DNA of 64,000 nucleotides from Clostridia bacterium (lineage in GTDB: Bacteria; Bacillota; Clostridia; Christensenellales; CAG-138): contig JAFZYC010000050.1 of the NCBI GenBank assembly GCA_017616435.1, positions 10,514-74,513 on the forward strand, given 5' to 3'. The translations under genes were made by a program, and so were the position numbers. The notes beneath the pieces are model-generated. The model worked only from the letters and a program-made list of their open reading frames with translations. It did not search any database and was not told where the DNA came from. This document shows, piece after piece, positions 37,217-47,664 of the stretch (positions are counted from its first letter, which is position 1; every line of letters starts with the position of its first letter).

Positions 37217-38623
37217 ATGAGGATGTTTGTGGAAAAGCTTCCTAAACAAAACAAGATGGGCGCGATGCCCATCGGCAGGCTGATGTTCAACATGTCGCTG
37301 CCGATGGTCATTTCCATGCTCGTGCAGGCGCTTTACAACGCCGTGGACAGCGTTTTCGTCGCGCGGATCGATACCGCGATAGGCGCGAACGGCGTGAACA
37401 ACGCCCTCACCGCGGTCGGCCTCGCCTACCCCATACAGTTTTTGATGGTCGCGTTCGCGGTCGGCACCGCGGTCGGAATGAATTCGCTGATGAGCCGCAG
37501 GCTCGGAGAGCGCAGGTTTGAGGAGGCAAACTCCGCCGCCTCCAACGGCCTCTTTCTGGAGCTTCTCTCCGCGCTGCTGTTCCTTGTGCTCGGCCTCACC
37601 GTCGTAAAGCCCTTCCTTGCGATATTCACCGACGATGAGCAGGTTCTCTCCCTCGGCGTGACATACCTGCGTATATGCATGGTCGCGGGCGCGGGCATAT
37701 TCTTACACATGGGCTTTGACCGCATACTGCAGTCCATGGGCAAGACGACTCTTTCCATGGCCGCACAGCTCGCCGGCGCGATAACCAACATTGTACTCGA
37801 CCCGATACTCATATTCGGTCTTCTGGGTTTCCCCAAGCTCGGCGTTGCGGGCGCCGCGATCGCGACCGTACTCGGCCAATGGGTGAGCATGGTGATAGCC
37901 CTGCTCCTCACCGTCTGCGGCGATCACGAGATAAAGGTCTCTTTCCGCGGCTTTAAGCCGAGCGGCGAATCCATAAAGGAGATCTACCGCGTAGGCGCGC
38001 CGTCGATAGTCATGCAGGGCATAGGCTCCATTATGAATACCGGCATGAACTTCGTGCTCTCGCGCTTCCTGACCGACGGCATGGGCGTTTCCGTCATGAA
38101 CGTCTACTATAAGACGCAGTCGCTGATATTCATGCCCATGTTCGGAATAACGAACGCCTCCATGTCCATCATCGCATACAACTACGGCGCGAAGAACTAC
38201 CGCCGTCTGATGTCCGCATGGAAGCGCACGGTGGTCATCTGCGTGATCGTGATGACACTGGGCATGACGCTGTTCCAGATATTCCCGAAGCAGATAGTAT
38301 CCCTGTTTGACAAGAAGGGCACCATGAGCGCGGCGGGCATAAAGGCCTTCCGCACCATATCCCTCCATTTCCCCATCGCCGCCGTCTGCATCGCATGCGG
38401 CACGCTTTTCCAGGCGACGGGCAAGGGCTTTTACAGCATGATAGTCTCGCTTTTGAGGCAGCTCTTCGCCCTGCTTCCCGCCGCCGCGATACTCGCTCTC
38501 CTGACCCATGACCTTGACTGTGTTTGGTGGTCGTTCTTAATAGCGGAGGGAGTCTCCCTTGCGGTCAGCCTCATCTGTTTGTCGAGGCTTCGCAGGAACG
38601 AGCTCGCCGCGATCAAAAACTGA
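37217..38623 (+). CDS. MATE family efflux transporter
   Basis: 12-TM protein with a typical MATE N-terminus (PIGRLMFNMSLPMVISMLVQALYNAVDSVFVAR). Confidence 0.9.
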   Translation: MRMFVEKLPKQNKMGAMPIGRLMFNMSLPMVISMLVQALYNAVDSVFVARIDTAIGANGVNNALTAVGLAYPIQFLMVAFAVGTAVGMNSLMSRRLGERRFEEANSAASNGLFLELLSALLFLVLGLTVVKPFLAIFTDDEQVLSLGVTYLRICMVAGAGIFLHMGFDRILQSMGKTTLSMAAQLAGAITNIVLDPILIFGLLGFPKLGVAGAAIATVLGQWVSMVIALLLTVCGDHEIKVSFRGFKPSGESIKEIYRVGAPSIVMQGIGSIMNTGMNFVLSRFLTDGMGVSVMNVYYKTQSLIFMPMFGITNASMSIIAYNYGAKNYRRLMSAWKRTVVICVIVMTLGMTLFQIFPKQIVSLFDKKGTMSAAGIKAFRTISLHFPIAAVCIACGTLFQATGKGFYSMIVSLLRQLFALLPAAAILALLTHDLDCVWWSFLIAEGVSLAVSLICLSRLRRNELAAIKN

Positions 38624-38637
38624 CAGAGGTTTACGAA

Positions 38638-40041
38638 ATGAAAAAGCTTTTGCCCCTGTTCCTGACCTTAATACTGCTCGCATGCGCCGCGGGATGCGAT
38701 CTTCGTCCGGACCGCCTCGTCGCGATCGATCCGCCCGATATGCCCGTGACGGCCGTGCCTTCGGCTACTCCCGAGGGATGGACCACGCCCGAGCCCGCCG
38801 AAACGGACGAGGTCGTGACTACTCCGACCCCCGCGCCCACGCCGGAGGTATATGTCCCCGCGAGCGTGGAGGAGGCGATCTCCGTCTACGAGGCGACGCC
38901 CCTCGATTACGAGAGCGTGACACGCGAGGCGGAGCAGCCGATAGAGCCGATACCTGAGCCCCGCTACACCATGGGCGCGGACGGCATCTACCGCTCCTCG
39001 GAGTCTGCGAACGACAATCAGGCGATAATAATGCTCACGGGCGACCTCATGTGCCAGACCCGACAGCAGGAGGTCGCGAAGACCTCGCGCGGGTACTCCT
39101 TCAACGGGAGCTTCGCGTACGTTAAGGACATATTCGCCACGGCGGATCTCGTCGTAGGCAATCTTGAAGCGACCCTCTGCGAGAGCGCTCCCTATATGGC
39201 GGAGCTTATAGAGGTCGAAGGCAGGCCCCATCTCAACGCCCCCGCGACATTCCTCGAGGCGCTGCGCTACGCGGGCTACGACATGGTCGTGATGTCCAAC
39301 AACCACAACATCGACACCGGCGTCCGCGGCATTTATGACACGCTCGACCGCGTCGACGAATACAGGCTGATCCATACCGGACTTTTCCGCAACGAGGCCG
39401 AATGCCGCTACACCGTCGTCAACGTCGACGGCATCAATATCGGCTTCATGTCCTATGCGACTTATTTCAATCATAAGGAGGAGCACCTCACCAGTGAGGG
39501 CGTAAGGGTGCTGCTCAATCCCTACTCCAAGGAGATCGTCGCCCGCGACGTCGCCGCCGTTAAGGCCGCCGGCGCGGAATACGTTATCGTCTATATCCAC
39601 TGGGGCGTCGAATACATGAACGAGCCCGAGGAGCAGCAGTACATCTGGGCGCAGGAGCTTGCCGACGCAGGCGTCGATTACATAATCGGCTCCCACCCCC
39701 ACGCGCTGCAGCCCTATGACATACTGACCGCTGCCGACGGCAGGCAGGTGCCGATTGTCTATTCCATGGGCAATTTTGTATCCCATCAGGAAAAGGTCGT
39801 TACGAAGGACACCCTGATACTCCGCATCGTCATAGAAAAGACCGAGGACGGCAGGGTGTATCTCGCAAACGAGGGCTATATCTCCTGCCGCGTGTTCAAG
39901 ACCTTCTTCGGCAAGGATTACGCCGTGGTGCCCGTCGTGACGCCATACAACGGCGGTATCTACTCCCAGTATTTCGGCCCGGCCTATGACCGCATTACCC
40001 AGATAATGGGCGACAAGATAGCCGCTCTGGGTTCGCTGTAA
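38638..40041 (+). CDS. CapA-family (poly-gamma-glutamate synthesis/metallophosphatase-like) lipoprotein
   Basis: ATG at 38638 with lipobox LLACAAGC. Motifs MLTGDLM, GNLE, MSNNHNIDTG and GSHPH. Confidence 0.85.
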   Translation: MKKLLPLFLTLILLACAAGCDLRPDRLVAIDPPDMPVTAVPSATPEGWTTPEPAETDEVVTTPTPAPTPEVYVPASVEEAISVYEATPLDYESVTREAEQPIEPIPEPRYTMGADGIYRSSESANDNQAIIMLTGDLMCQTRQQEVAKTSRGYSFNGSFAYVKDIFATADLVVGNLEATLCESAPYMAELIEVEGRPHLNAPATFLEALRYAGYDMVVMSNNHNIDTGVRGIYDTLDRVDEYRLIHTGLFRNEAECRYTVVNVDGINIGFMSYATYFNHKEEHLTSEGVRVLLNPYSKEIVARDVAAVKAAGAEYVIVYIHWGVEYMNEPEEQQYIWAQELADAGVDYIIGSHPHALQPYDILTAADGRQVPIVYSMGNFVSHQEKVVTKDTLILRIVIEKTEDGRVYLANEGYISCRVFKTFFGKDYAVVPVVTPYNGGIYSQYFGPAYDRITQIMGDKIAALGSL

Positions 40042-40053
40042 TAATCTATGCAA

Positions 40054-40088
40054 TAAAAAAAGCTCCGAGAAATCGGAGCTATTTTATT
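40054..40088. terminator. bidirectional intrinsic terminator
   Basis: aaaaaaagctccga-gaaa-tcggagctatttta. Confidence 0.8.
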
Positions 40089-40096
40089 GTTGCTGT

Positions 40097-40534
40097 TTAT
40101 GTTTTTCTGGTGAACACCTCGCCGCATTTGGGGCAGGTGATACGGACTTTGCCCTTGCCCTTCGGCACGCGCACCGTCTGGCGGCACTTGGGGCATTTGA
40201 AGAAGCGGTGCGTCCTTCTCTGCGCCGACCTCGTCTTCATCTCGTTTTTGAGCCGCCTTGCGGGATCGGCGATCTTACGCCTGTACCAGTCGTACTCCGC
40301 TCGCCTCGCGGTGAGATCGCGGCTCATAATCCTGAACGTGCTGAACGCGAGCGATGCGAGCGCGAGCGCGTAGAACACGCCCCCGACTATCGTGCCCGCG
40401 GTATCGGGCGCCGCAGCGCGTATGATCACCGCTATAATAAAGCTTGCGAGCGATACGACGCTCAATACGGTCGTCAGCCCGTCTCCGCCGTACCTGCCCG
40501 AAAGGAACCGCCTCATCTTTTCCCTGAACTTCAT
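40097..40534 (-). CDS. zinc-ribbon membrane protein (hypothetical)
   Basis: Two TM segments, then CPKC...CPKC at the C-terminus. ATG at 40534. Confidence 0.55.
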   Translation of the reverse strand: MKFREKMRRFLSGRYGGDGLTTVLSVVSLASFIIAVIIRAAAPDTAGTIVGGVFYALALASLAFSTFRIMSRDLTARRAEYDWYRRKIADPARRLKNEMKTRSAQRRTHRFFKCPKCRQTVRVPKGKGKVRITCPKCGEVFTRKT

Positions 40535-40673
40535 AGCTTTACCACGCCTTTCCCGGCGGCCGATCAAGGTCTTGCCGCCCGCCGTCTTCACCAATATTAT
40601 ATCAACGCGGGGGCGGTTTCAACATCCTTCGGGAAAACTTACACAGATTTTACATTCCTTTTGCCCGCGCTCG

Positions 40674-40701
40674 TTGACAGCGCTCTTCGCGCGGCTATAA
40701 T
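40674..40701 (+). promoter_or_regulatory. sigma-A type promoter upstream of the DUF6273-like gene
   Basis: TTGACA-N16-TATAAT. Confidence 0.65.
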
Positions 40702-40764
40702 ATTATTACAGAATGATCGGCGCGGCCGGACGCCGCGCCATTGCCATAGATGAAAGGGACTGTT

Positions 40765-41979
40765 ATGGAAGAGATCTATCTCAACGCAATACGGCTCATG
40801 CAGGGAGCGCTTTACGACGACGCTGCGGAGGAGTTCGGCCGCATACCGGATTACAAGGATTCCGCCGAGAGGAAGCTTGAGTGCGAGCGTATGTCGGACG
40901 GCGCAAGAAAGGACAGGATCTACGCCGAGGCGCAGAAGGCCGCTCTGTCGCCCATTGTAAGGGGGCAGAAGAAGGCTATCTCCCTCTTTAAGACCATACC
41001 CGGCTGGCGCGACTCGGACGAGCAGGCGGAGGCCGCCCTCCGCAGGATCGACGACATCCGCGCCAAGGACGAGGCTGACCGCAGGGAGGCCAAGCGCATA
41101 CAGACGGAGAAGCAGGCCAAGATGAAAAAACTCCGGAAGCGCCTGACCATCGCCGCGACCGCGCTCGTATTGACCCTAGGCGCCGCTTTCGGCGCATACC
41201 GCTATTACAAAACGATCCTTCGGCCGAAGCTCGATTACAAAAAGGCCGTATCCCTTATGGAAACGGGCGAGCTCGACGAGGCTTATCTGCTTTTGAAGAA
41301 GGTCGACAGCGCGGAGAACGACGAAAAGCTGCTTGAGATAATGAAAACGCGCCTTTCGGTGGCGCAGGTCGGCTCCTCGGTGCTTTTCGGCACATGTGAG
41401 CAGGACGCGAATAAGTCGAACGGCAGCGAAGCCATAGAGTGGCTCGTCGTCGACAAAAAGGACGACAAGCTGCTTCTCGTCAGCAAATACGCGATCGACG
41501 CCCTCCCCTTCAACGGCGTGCTCGGCGACAAGCCTTTCACCTGGAGCAACTGCACTCTGCGCGAATGGCTCAACCAGACCTACATAGATCTGCTCTTCAC
41601 CTCGGGCGAGCGCAGCCTTATCTGCACCACAAGGGTATCCGCGGAGCCGAACCCCTTCTATCCCGATATCGATCCCGGTTCCCCGACCACTGACAAGATG
41701 TTCATACTCAGCATAAGCGAGGTATTGAAGTATTTTCCGACCGACGCTGACCGTCTCTGCTCCTCCACTCCGGAGGCCGCGAGGCTCGGCGCCTACGGCG
41801 GTCTGCACGATTACTGCCTGTGGTGGCTGCGCAATCCCGGCTCGGACGATTATCCCTCCCGTACTGTCGTCATCTCCTCCGATGGAACGATAAAGTACAT
41901 CGGTCATTTCGTCGATAACCAGAACTACGCCGTGCGCCCCGCGATCTGGGTGAGCGCTGAGGGCATGACCCGGCAATGA
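40765..41979 (+). CDS. DUF6273-like domain protein with N-terminal helical/coiled region and one TM
   Basis: C-terminal motifs IEWLVVDKKDDKLLLVS...NCTLREWLN...MFILSISEV...WWLRNPG...AVRPAIWV. An alternative ATG is at 40750. Confidence 0.65.
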   Translation: MEEIYLNAIRLMQGALYDDAAEEFGRIPDYKDSAERKLECERMSDGARKDRIYAEAQKAALSPIVRGQKKAISLFKTIPGWRDSDEQAEAALRRIDDIRAKDEADRREAKRIQTEKQAKMKKLRKRLTIAATALVLTLGAAFGAYRYYKTILRPKLDYKKAVSLMETGELDEAYLLLKKVDSAENDEKLLEIMKTRLSVAQVGSSVLFGTCEQDANKSNGSEAIEWLVVDKKDDKLLLVSKYAIDALPFNGVLGDKPFTWSNCTLREWLNQTYIDLLFTSGERSLICTTRVSAEPNPFYPDIDPGSPTTDKMFILSISEVLKYFPTDADRLCSSTPEAARLGAYGGLHDYCLWWLRNPGSDDYPSRTVVISSDGTIKYIGHFVDNQNYAVRPAIWVSAEGMTRQ

Positions 41980-42018
41980 CGTATTGTCCGCAAAGCGCGG
42001 CAGCGGTATAATAATGCC

Positions 42019-42483
42019 ATGATAGAACGAATCAAAAAACTGCCCCGTCCCGTAAAGGGGATACTCTTCCACCTTCTGCAGTGGACATGGTGTCTGCCGC
42101 AGAACATATTGGGCGCGCTCGCCGCGCTGGTGCTGCGGGGCGAAAGGTTCCGCTACCACGGCGCGCTCGTCACCGTTTACCGGAAGACGCGTCTGCTTTC
42201 CAACAACAGCGGCTTTTCGCTCGGCTCCTTCATATTCATGCCCGAGGGGTGGTCCGATTACAACAAGCGGCACATCGTGGTGCATGAGTACGGGCACACC
42301 GTACAGTCCATGATGACGGGGCCGTTCTACCTGCTCCTTATCGGCCTGCCCTCCGTCATGTGGTCGAGCCGCTTTACAAAGCGCCACGCTGTCTACCGCA
42401 CGCGCGGGGTGAGGTATTCCGACCGATATCCGGAGCGCGGCGCCGACAGGCTCGGCGAGCGGGTGACCGGCGAAGAACCGTAA
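42019..42483 (+). CDS. hypothetical membrane-associated protein with HExxH motif
   Basis: 154 aa containing VHEYGHTVQS flanked by hydrophobic segments. No family recognised. Confidence 0.45.
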   Translation: MIERIKKLPRPVKGILFHLLQWTWCLPQNILGALAALVLRGERFRYHGALVTVYRKTRLLSNNSGFSLGSFIFMPEGWSDYNKRHIVVHEYGHTVQSMMTGPFYLLLIGLPSVMWSSRFTKRHAVYRTRGVRYSDRYPERGADRLGERVTGEEP

Positions 42484-42492
42484 ACAGCGCAT

Positions 42493-42525
42493 AAAAAAGC
42501 ACTTCCCGAAGGAAGTGCTTTTTTG
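42493..42525. terminator. bidirectional intrinsic terminator
   Basis: aaaaaagcacttcc-cgaa-ggaagtgctttttt. Confidence 0.85.
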
Positions 42526-42531
42526 CTGTGT

Positions 42532-43992
42532 TCAGCTCAGTTTTTCAAGCCCGAGCTTCAGCCTGCGGAGCGCCTCATCGCGGCCAAGGAGCGCCGCTAT
42601 CTCTATCGCGCCGCCGGGGGTGACCGTGCGGCCGGACATAGCTATCCTAACGGGCCAGAGCAGCGTGCCGTTCTTCATGCCGTTCGCCTCCGCGTAGCCG
42701 ATGAGCGAATCGTGCAGGGCCGTCTCCGTCCACTCGGGGAGCGCCTCAAGCATGGGGATCACGGCCTCGAGCACCGCCTTCGATACCTCGGGGTTCGTCT
42801 TGGACTTCTTGTTGGTGAAGAGCTCGGTATCGTAATCCTCGTCAAGCGAAGCTAAGAAGTCGACGACGTTCGCGATATCGGAGAATATCTCGGTCCTGGG
42901 CTGGAGAATGCGGATGAATATCTCCTCGTTCTCGGGCTTTTGGGCCATCTCCTCGAGCCCCGCTTTTATGAGCCACGGCTTCGCCTTCTCAAAATACGCG
43001 GCGCCGTCCATACGGCGGATGTACTCCGCGTTCATCCAGCGAAGCTTCAAGTGATCGAATATCGCGGGGGATTTCGAAAGCCCCTCGAGCGAGAACGCCT
43101 CTTTGAGCTCATCGAGCGTGAAGAACTCGCGCTCGTCACCGGGGCTCCAGCCGACGAGGGCGAGATAGTTGATTATCGCCTCCGGCAGGTAGCCGAGATT
43201 TATAAGATCCTCGAACGTGGCGTCGCCGTCGCGCTTGGAGAGCTTGTGCGTGGCGTCGCGCATTATTGTCGTGAGATGCACGTATGTGGGCTTCTCCCAG
43301 CCGAACGCCTCGTACAGCAGATTGTACTTGGGCGTGGAGGAAAGATACTCCATACCTCTTAAAACATGCGTGATGCCCATCGTGTGATCGTCGATGACGT
43401 TCGCAAAATTGTAGGTGGGCATGCCGTCGGCCTTTATGAGTATCATGTCGTCGAGCTCCGCGCAGTCGACCTCTATATGGCCGAATATGGCGTCGTCGAA
43501 ATCCGCCTTCCCCTCCGTGGGAATGTTCTGCCTTATGACGTAGGGCTCGCCCGCGGCAAGACGGCGCTCGACCTCCTCCTTGGGCATGTTAAGGCAGTGC
43601 TTATCGTACTTGAACGTGCCGCCCTCTGCCTCGACCGCGGCGCGGCGCTCGTCCAGCTCCTCCTTGGTGCAGAAGCAGTAATAGGCCTTGCCCATCTCGA
43701 CGAGCTGCTTTGCGTAGGGCAGGTACATGTCCTTGCGCTCGGACTGCACATAGGGGCCGTAATCGCCGCCTACGTCGGGGCCCTCGTCCCATGTGAGGCC
43801 CGCGGTGCGCAGGGTCTTGTAGACCATATCCTCCGCCCCCTCGACGAAGCGGGCCTGGTCGGTATCCTCTATGCGGAGCATGAATACTCCGTCGTTCTTC
43901 TTTGCCCACAGCCACGCGTAGAGCGCGGTGCGAAGATTGCCCACGTGCATGAACCCCGTGGGACTGGGGGCAAATCTTGTTCTTACCTTCAT
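42532..43992 (-). CDS. gltX: glutamate--tRNA ligase
   Basis: Motifs RFAPSPTGFMHVGNLRTAL (HIGH region) and KLSKRDG (KMSKS). Confidence 0.96.
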   Translation of the reverse strand: MKVRTRFAPSPTGFMHVGNLRTALYAWLWAKKNDGVFMLRIEDTDQARFVEGAEDMVYKTLRTAGLTWDEGPDVGGDYGPYVQSERKDMYLPYAKQLVEMGKAYYCFCTKEELDERRAAVEAEGGTFKYDKHCLNMPKEEVERRLAAGEPYVIRQNIPTEGKADFDDAIFGHIEVDCAELDDMILIKADGMPTYNFANVIDDHTMGITHVLRGMEYLSSTPKYNLLYEAFGWEKPTYVHLTTIMRDATHKLSKRDGDATFEDLINLGYLPEAIINYLALVGWSPGDEREFFTLDELKEAFSLEGLSKSPAIFDHLKLRWMNAEYIRRMDGAAYFEKAKPWLIKAGLEEMAQKPENEEIFIRILQPRTEIFSDIANVVDFLASLDEDYDTELFTNKKSKTNPEVSKAVLEAVIPMLEALPEWTETALHDSLIGYAEANGMKNGTLLWPVRIAMSGRTVTPGGAIEIAALLGRDEALRRLKLGLEKLS

Positions 43993-44013
43993 CGTTTTCT
44001 CCTCTTTCAGGCG

Positions 44014-45273
44014 TTATTTATACGCCCCATAATATTTTAGCGTGAACCCGAACGGGCTCTTTTCGTTCCTTTCGAGCCTGACTGCGACATGAGCCATGAA
44101 CATACTCGAGGCGGAGCCGTAGCTGCCGTCCATTATGTCGCCCGTGATCTCTATGGCGCCGTTCTCCTCCCTTGCTTCAAGCATATCGACATTGCAGACG
44201 AAGATATCGCGCCCCGCGAGGACGCTGTACGCGCCGTCTTTTATGACGATGTCGTGCGCGTCCGTATCGACGCCGGGAAACTCGGCGCCGAAGCAGTCGA
44301 AGAAGCAATCCTCGAACCGTTCCTTCGGGACCTCATACCTGCCGGCTTCGGAAGCTATTCCGAACGACCTTACCATCTCCGCCATGAACCTCGTTGCGGT
44401 ATAGGGCGGAACGCGGCCGTTTTTGATGTTCTCTCCCCTGATGACGGTCGCCCCCGCGACTATGCTGAGGAAATCGGAAATGTTACGGTATTCCTCGACA
44501 GTCAGGATCCTGCCCTCGCCCACGAAATCCGGGCAGACGTCCTCAAAGCTCAGGTCGAAGGCGAGCTCGCCCTCCTCGAATGGCGCGAGAACGCCGGCCT
44601 TTATGTAGATCCTGCAGCCGGTCTCCGTGGCGGCGGCGCCGTCTTTGACGTCTATCGCGGAGAGCACCTTCATATCGTCCGCCTCGTAATAGCGGCTGTC
44701 CCCCGCTATCCTTCGGGCGATGGCGCCGGCCGCGATCTCCTCCGCGCGATATACGCGGAATACGTCACGGAGATTGACCCTGTGGCCCTCTTCGTCGACG
44801 ATTATAACGTGCGTTTCGGTATAGGGCTGCGCCTCGTAGCAGTGCTCCTCCGTGAAAATGATGTTTGTGAAGCCGTTCACGTATTCCACGCTGCAGGAGA
44901 CCTGCGTATAGGGGGGCTTTGCTATGGAAGCGGGCATGTATTCGTTTTCGATCCTGCTTTCGATATCGAGCAGGTACCCCTCCACCTCCGCGTTGATGAA
45001 GAAGCCCGAATAATACTGCTTTGAAAACTCAGGTTTTTCTATCGTGCAGGCGTAATCGCAGGTGGAGTAATCCGCGTCCTCCGGCCAATACCTTATAAGA
45101 TGCGTGACGGTATAGGGCACGGAAGGAATGGGCGTCGTGTGCGGCTCCTCGGTCGTTTCGGGTACGGCGGGCTTATGGGCGCATCCGCAGAGCGCGGCAA
45201 AAAGCACCGCTATCGCCGCAGCGGCGGCTCTTGTCAAAATGCTTTTAAGCTTTTTGCTATCGCGCTTTTTCAT
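44014..45273 (-). CDS. lipoprotein, DUF3298/RsiV-like fold suspected
   Basis: ATG at 45273 with lipobox FAALCGC. Two-domain secreted protein. The family call rests on general resemblance only. Confidence 0.5.
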   Translation of the reverse strand: MKKRDSKKLKSILTRAAAAAIAVLFAALCGCAHKPAVPETTEEPHTTPIPSVPYTVTHLIRYWPEDADYSTCDYACTIEKPEFSKQYYSGFFINAEVEGYLLDIESRIENEYMPASIAKPPYTQVSCSVEYVNGFTNIIFTEEHCYEAQPYTETHVIIVDEEGHRVNLRDVFRVYRAEEIAAGAIARRIAGDSRYYEADDMKVLSAIDVKDGAAATETGCRIYIKAGVLAPFEEGELAFDLSFEDVCPDFVGEGRILTVEEYRNISDFLSIVAGATVIRGENIKNGRVPPYTATRFMAEMVRSFGIASEAGRYEVPKERFEDCFFDCFGAEFPGVDTDAHDIVIKDGAYSVLAGRDIFVCNVDMLEAREENGAIEITGDIMDGSYGSASSMFMAHVAVRLERNEKSPFGFTLKYYGAYK

Positions 45274-45289
45274 TGCGGTCTTATTTCCT

Positions 45290-46315
45290 TTAAACGAGCC
45301 CCACGGCACGCATTATGAGCATCAGCACGGGTACGAGCACGAAGCATCCGAGAGTGGTCAGGCACATTCCCGCGGCGACGAAGCTCTCATCCGCATCACA
45401 GGAGGCCGCGAGCACGACCGCCTGCGTCATGACGGGCATTGCCGCCTCCACGACGAACACTCCGGAGCCGACCCCGCCCAAGCCCAGCGCCATGCATAAG
45501 AGCAGCATCGTCGCCGGAGCTATCACGAACCGGACGGCTATCGCGGCCCACATGTCGCGGTCGGGCTTCAGCGACTTCACGCCGTACTCATAGAGCGCGG
45601 AGCCGATATAGAGCAGCGCGAGCGGCGTTACGATATTTCCCACATAGCCGCACATCTTGACGAACGAGCTCTGTATGAGGGTCACAACGCCGTGCCCCTT
45701 CCACGCGGTGAACGCATCCATAAAGCCGGAGTTCCTGCGGAGGAAATACTCGCCCACGAGGAGCGGTATGGCTATCATAAGCGCGATAAGGGGCGGCGAG
45801 AGCAGCTTTTTGAGATCCATGCGGGGAGACGCGCCGTCCCTGCCGGCTTCGCCGCTCTTGTTTATGAGGTAGTTGCCTACCGTCCAGAAGAAGGTCGTGT
45901 TGACCATGTAGAATATCATGACGTAAGGCACCGCCTGATCCCCGAACAGCCCGGTGTTCATGGGCAGGCCGACGAATATCGAGTTGGAGAACGCGCACAT
46001 CACGACGAATCCGCCGCGACGCACGGGAGCGGGCTTCAATATCCTTGCGAGCAGCAGACCTATCGCGAGGGTTATCGCCATCGAGAGCACGGGCAGCCCC
46101 ACGAGAAGCAGCGGATTTTCGAGGGTATCGAGATCGAGGGAACCCAAAATATTGCTCATAACGAGCGCGGGCATGCCCGCGTTGATAATGAGCTTTGTCA
46201 TGAGCCCCTTGTGCTCCCGCTTGATATAGCCCTTTCGGGCGAATAGATAGCCCACGGCGACGATGCACATAACTATCGCGACCGCGGCAAGCGAATGAAG
46301 CAGCGTTTCTGTCAT
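45290..46315 (-). CDS. AEC (auxin efflux carrier) family transporter
   Basis: 10-TM protein with two homologous halves (LINAGMPALVMSNIL ...). Confidence 0.8.
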   Translation of the reverse strand: MTETLLHSLAAVAIVMCIVAVGYLFARKGYIKREHKGLMTKLIINAGMPALVMSNILGSLDLDTLENPLLLVGLPVLSMAITLAIGLLLARILKPAPVRRGGFVVMCAFSNSIFVGLPMNTGLFGDQAVPYVMIFYMVNTTFFWTVGNYLINKSGEAGRDGASPRMDLKKLLSPPLIALMIAIPLLVGEYFLRRNSGFMDAFTAWKGHGVVTLIQSSFVKMCGYVGNIVTPLALLYIGSALYEYGVKSLKPDRDMWAAIAVRFVIAPATMLLLCMALGLGGVGSGVFVVEAAMPVMTQAVVLAASCDADESFVAAGMCLTTLGCFVLVPVLMLIMRAVGLV

Positions 46316-46425
46316 AGCGTTCCTTCGGCGGATACCGCCAGTTATTCATTGGAAAGATTATAACACATCTGTCATGGAATGGCAAAACAATAGTTAATTA
46401 TTATTTGGAACGATCGCATTCGGCA

Positions 46426-46454
46426 TTGATTGTCACACACGATAATGGTATAAT
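46426..46454 (+). promoter_or_regulatory. sigma-A type promoter of dockerin-thioredoxin gene 1
   Basis: TTGATT-N17-TATAAT with an extended -10 (TGgTATAAT). It lies about 55 nt upstream of the ATG, which has an AGGAGG RBS. Confidence 0.7.
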
Positions 46455-46508
46455 ATAAATTGATCCGGGCAAAACCGCCCGAAAAATCCCACAGGAGGAA
46501 ACCAAACC

Positions 46509-47651
46509 ATGAAGAAACTTCTTGCATTGCTGCTCGCCGTGATCATGGTCGCGCTCTGCGTTCCCGTAACGGCTTTGGAAACGGAAGACTGGGATCCGAC
46601 CGGGCAGAACATATCCGCGGTCAACGCCGCATATTTCACCGCAGGCGGAAATCCCTCTTCGACCGATTTCTTCACTATGGATGACATCGCATCACACAGG
46701 CTGACCATCATCAACGTATGGTCGGACGGCTGCGGTCCCTGCCTCAACGAGATGCCCTATTTCCAGCAGGTGCATGAAAACTACGCCGATCAGGGCGTGC
46801 TCGTCGTCGGCGTCGGCTCTCTGTGGATAAGCGGCTCCTATTCCGGCGAGTGGAGCGTCCTTCAGAACAACGGCTATACCTACATGAACGTTATTCAGGA
46901 CAACGTTCTCAAATCCCTTTATTCCCATAACGGCTATCTGCCCCAGACATTCTTTGTCAACGATCAGGGCGTGGTCATCGACTTCATCGGCGGCGGCACC
47001 ACCTACAACACGCTCGTCAGCAAGATCAATTACTGGTTCAACGTTTTTGATTCCGATGAATACTACGACGTGACCTTTGCGATTCAGAAAAACTATCCTT
47101 CCGACTCCGAACCCATTGTATTCGAGACTCAGTCCGTGCACGTGGGCTACACTCCCGTCTATCCCGAGCCCCCCGAGGTCGAGGGCTATTCTTTCGACGG
47201 TTGGGATCCCGCGAGCCCGCCCGTTGTTACCAACGGCCCGGTCACGGTCTACGCGAAGTACAAAGTTCTTCCGCCCTTCCGCGTACGCTTCTACGACAGC
47301 ATAACGGGCGATCTGCTCCTGACCAAAAACGTCCTTTACGGCAACCCCGTTACGCCTCCCGAAGCTCCGGAACATGAGGGATATGTGTTCATGGGCTGGG
47401 ATCAGGATCTCTCCTTCGTCAGTCACGCCATGGACGTTTACACGATCTACAGTCCGGAAGGAGGCTTCCTGCCGGGCGACGCGGACGGCAACGGTGTGAT
47501 AACCTCCGCCGACGCGCTCGCCATACTGCGCTACACGATGGGCACGGGCACTATCCCGGAGTCTCTTCTCGCCTACTGCGATGTTGACTACAACGGCTCG
47601 GTAACATCCGCCGACGCGCTCGCGGTGCTGAGGATCGCCATGGGTCTATAA
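46509..47651 (+). CDS. secreted thioredoxin-fold (TlpA-like, CGPC) protein with 2 Listeria-Bacteroides repeats and C-terminal dockerin
   Basis: Signal peptide. VWSDGCGPCLNEMPYF motif. Two GY.F.GWD repeats. Dockerin duplicates DADGNGVITSADALAILR and DVDYNGSVTSADALAVLR. Confidence 0.8.
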   Translation: MKKLLALLLAVIMVALCVPVTALETEDWDPTGQNISAVNAAYFTAGGNPSSTDFFTMDDIASHRLTIINVWSDGCGPCLNEMPYFQQVHENYADQGVLVVGVGSLWISGSYSGEWSVLQNNGYTYMNVIQDNVLKSLYSHNGYLPQTFFVNDQGVVIDFIGGGTTYNTLVSKINYWFNVFDSDEYYDVTFAIQKNYPSDSEPIVFETQSVHVGYTPVYPEPPEVEGYSFDGWDPASPPVVTNGPVTVYAKYKVLPPFRVRFYDSITGDLLLTKNVLYGNPVTPPEAPEHEGYVFMGWDQDLSFVSHAMDVYTIYSPEGGFLPGDADGNGVITSADALAILRYTMGTGTIPESLLAYCDVDYNGSVTSADALAVLRIAMGL

Positions 47652-47664
47652 TCAGAACATAATG

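Noticed and set aside
43993-44013. T-box or other leader upstream of gltX
   Set aside because: Only 21 nt separate gltX from the upstream lipoprotein gene, which leaves no room for a leader RNA.
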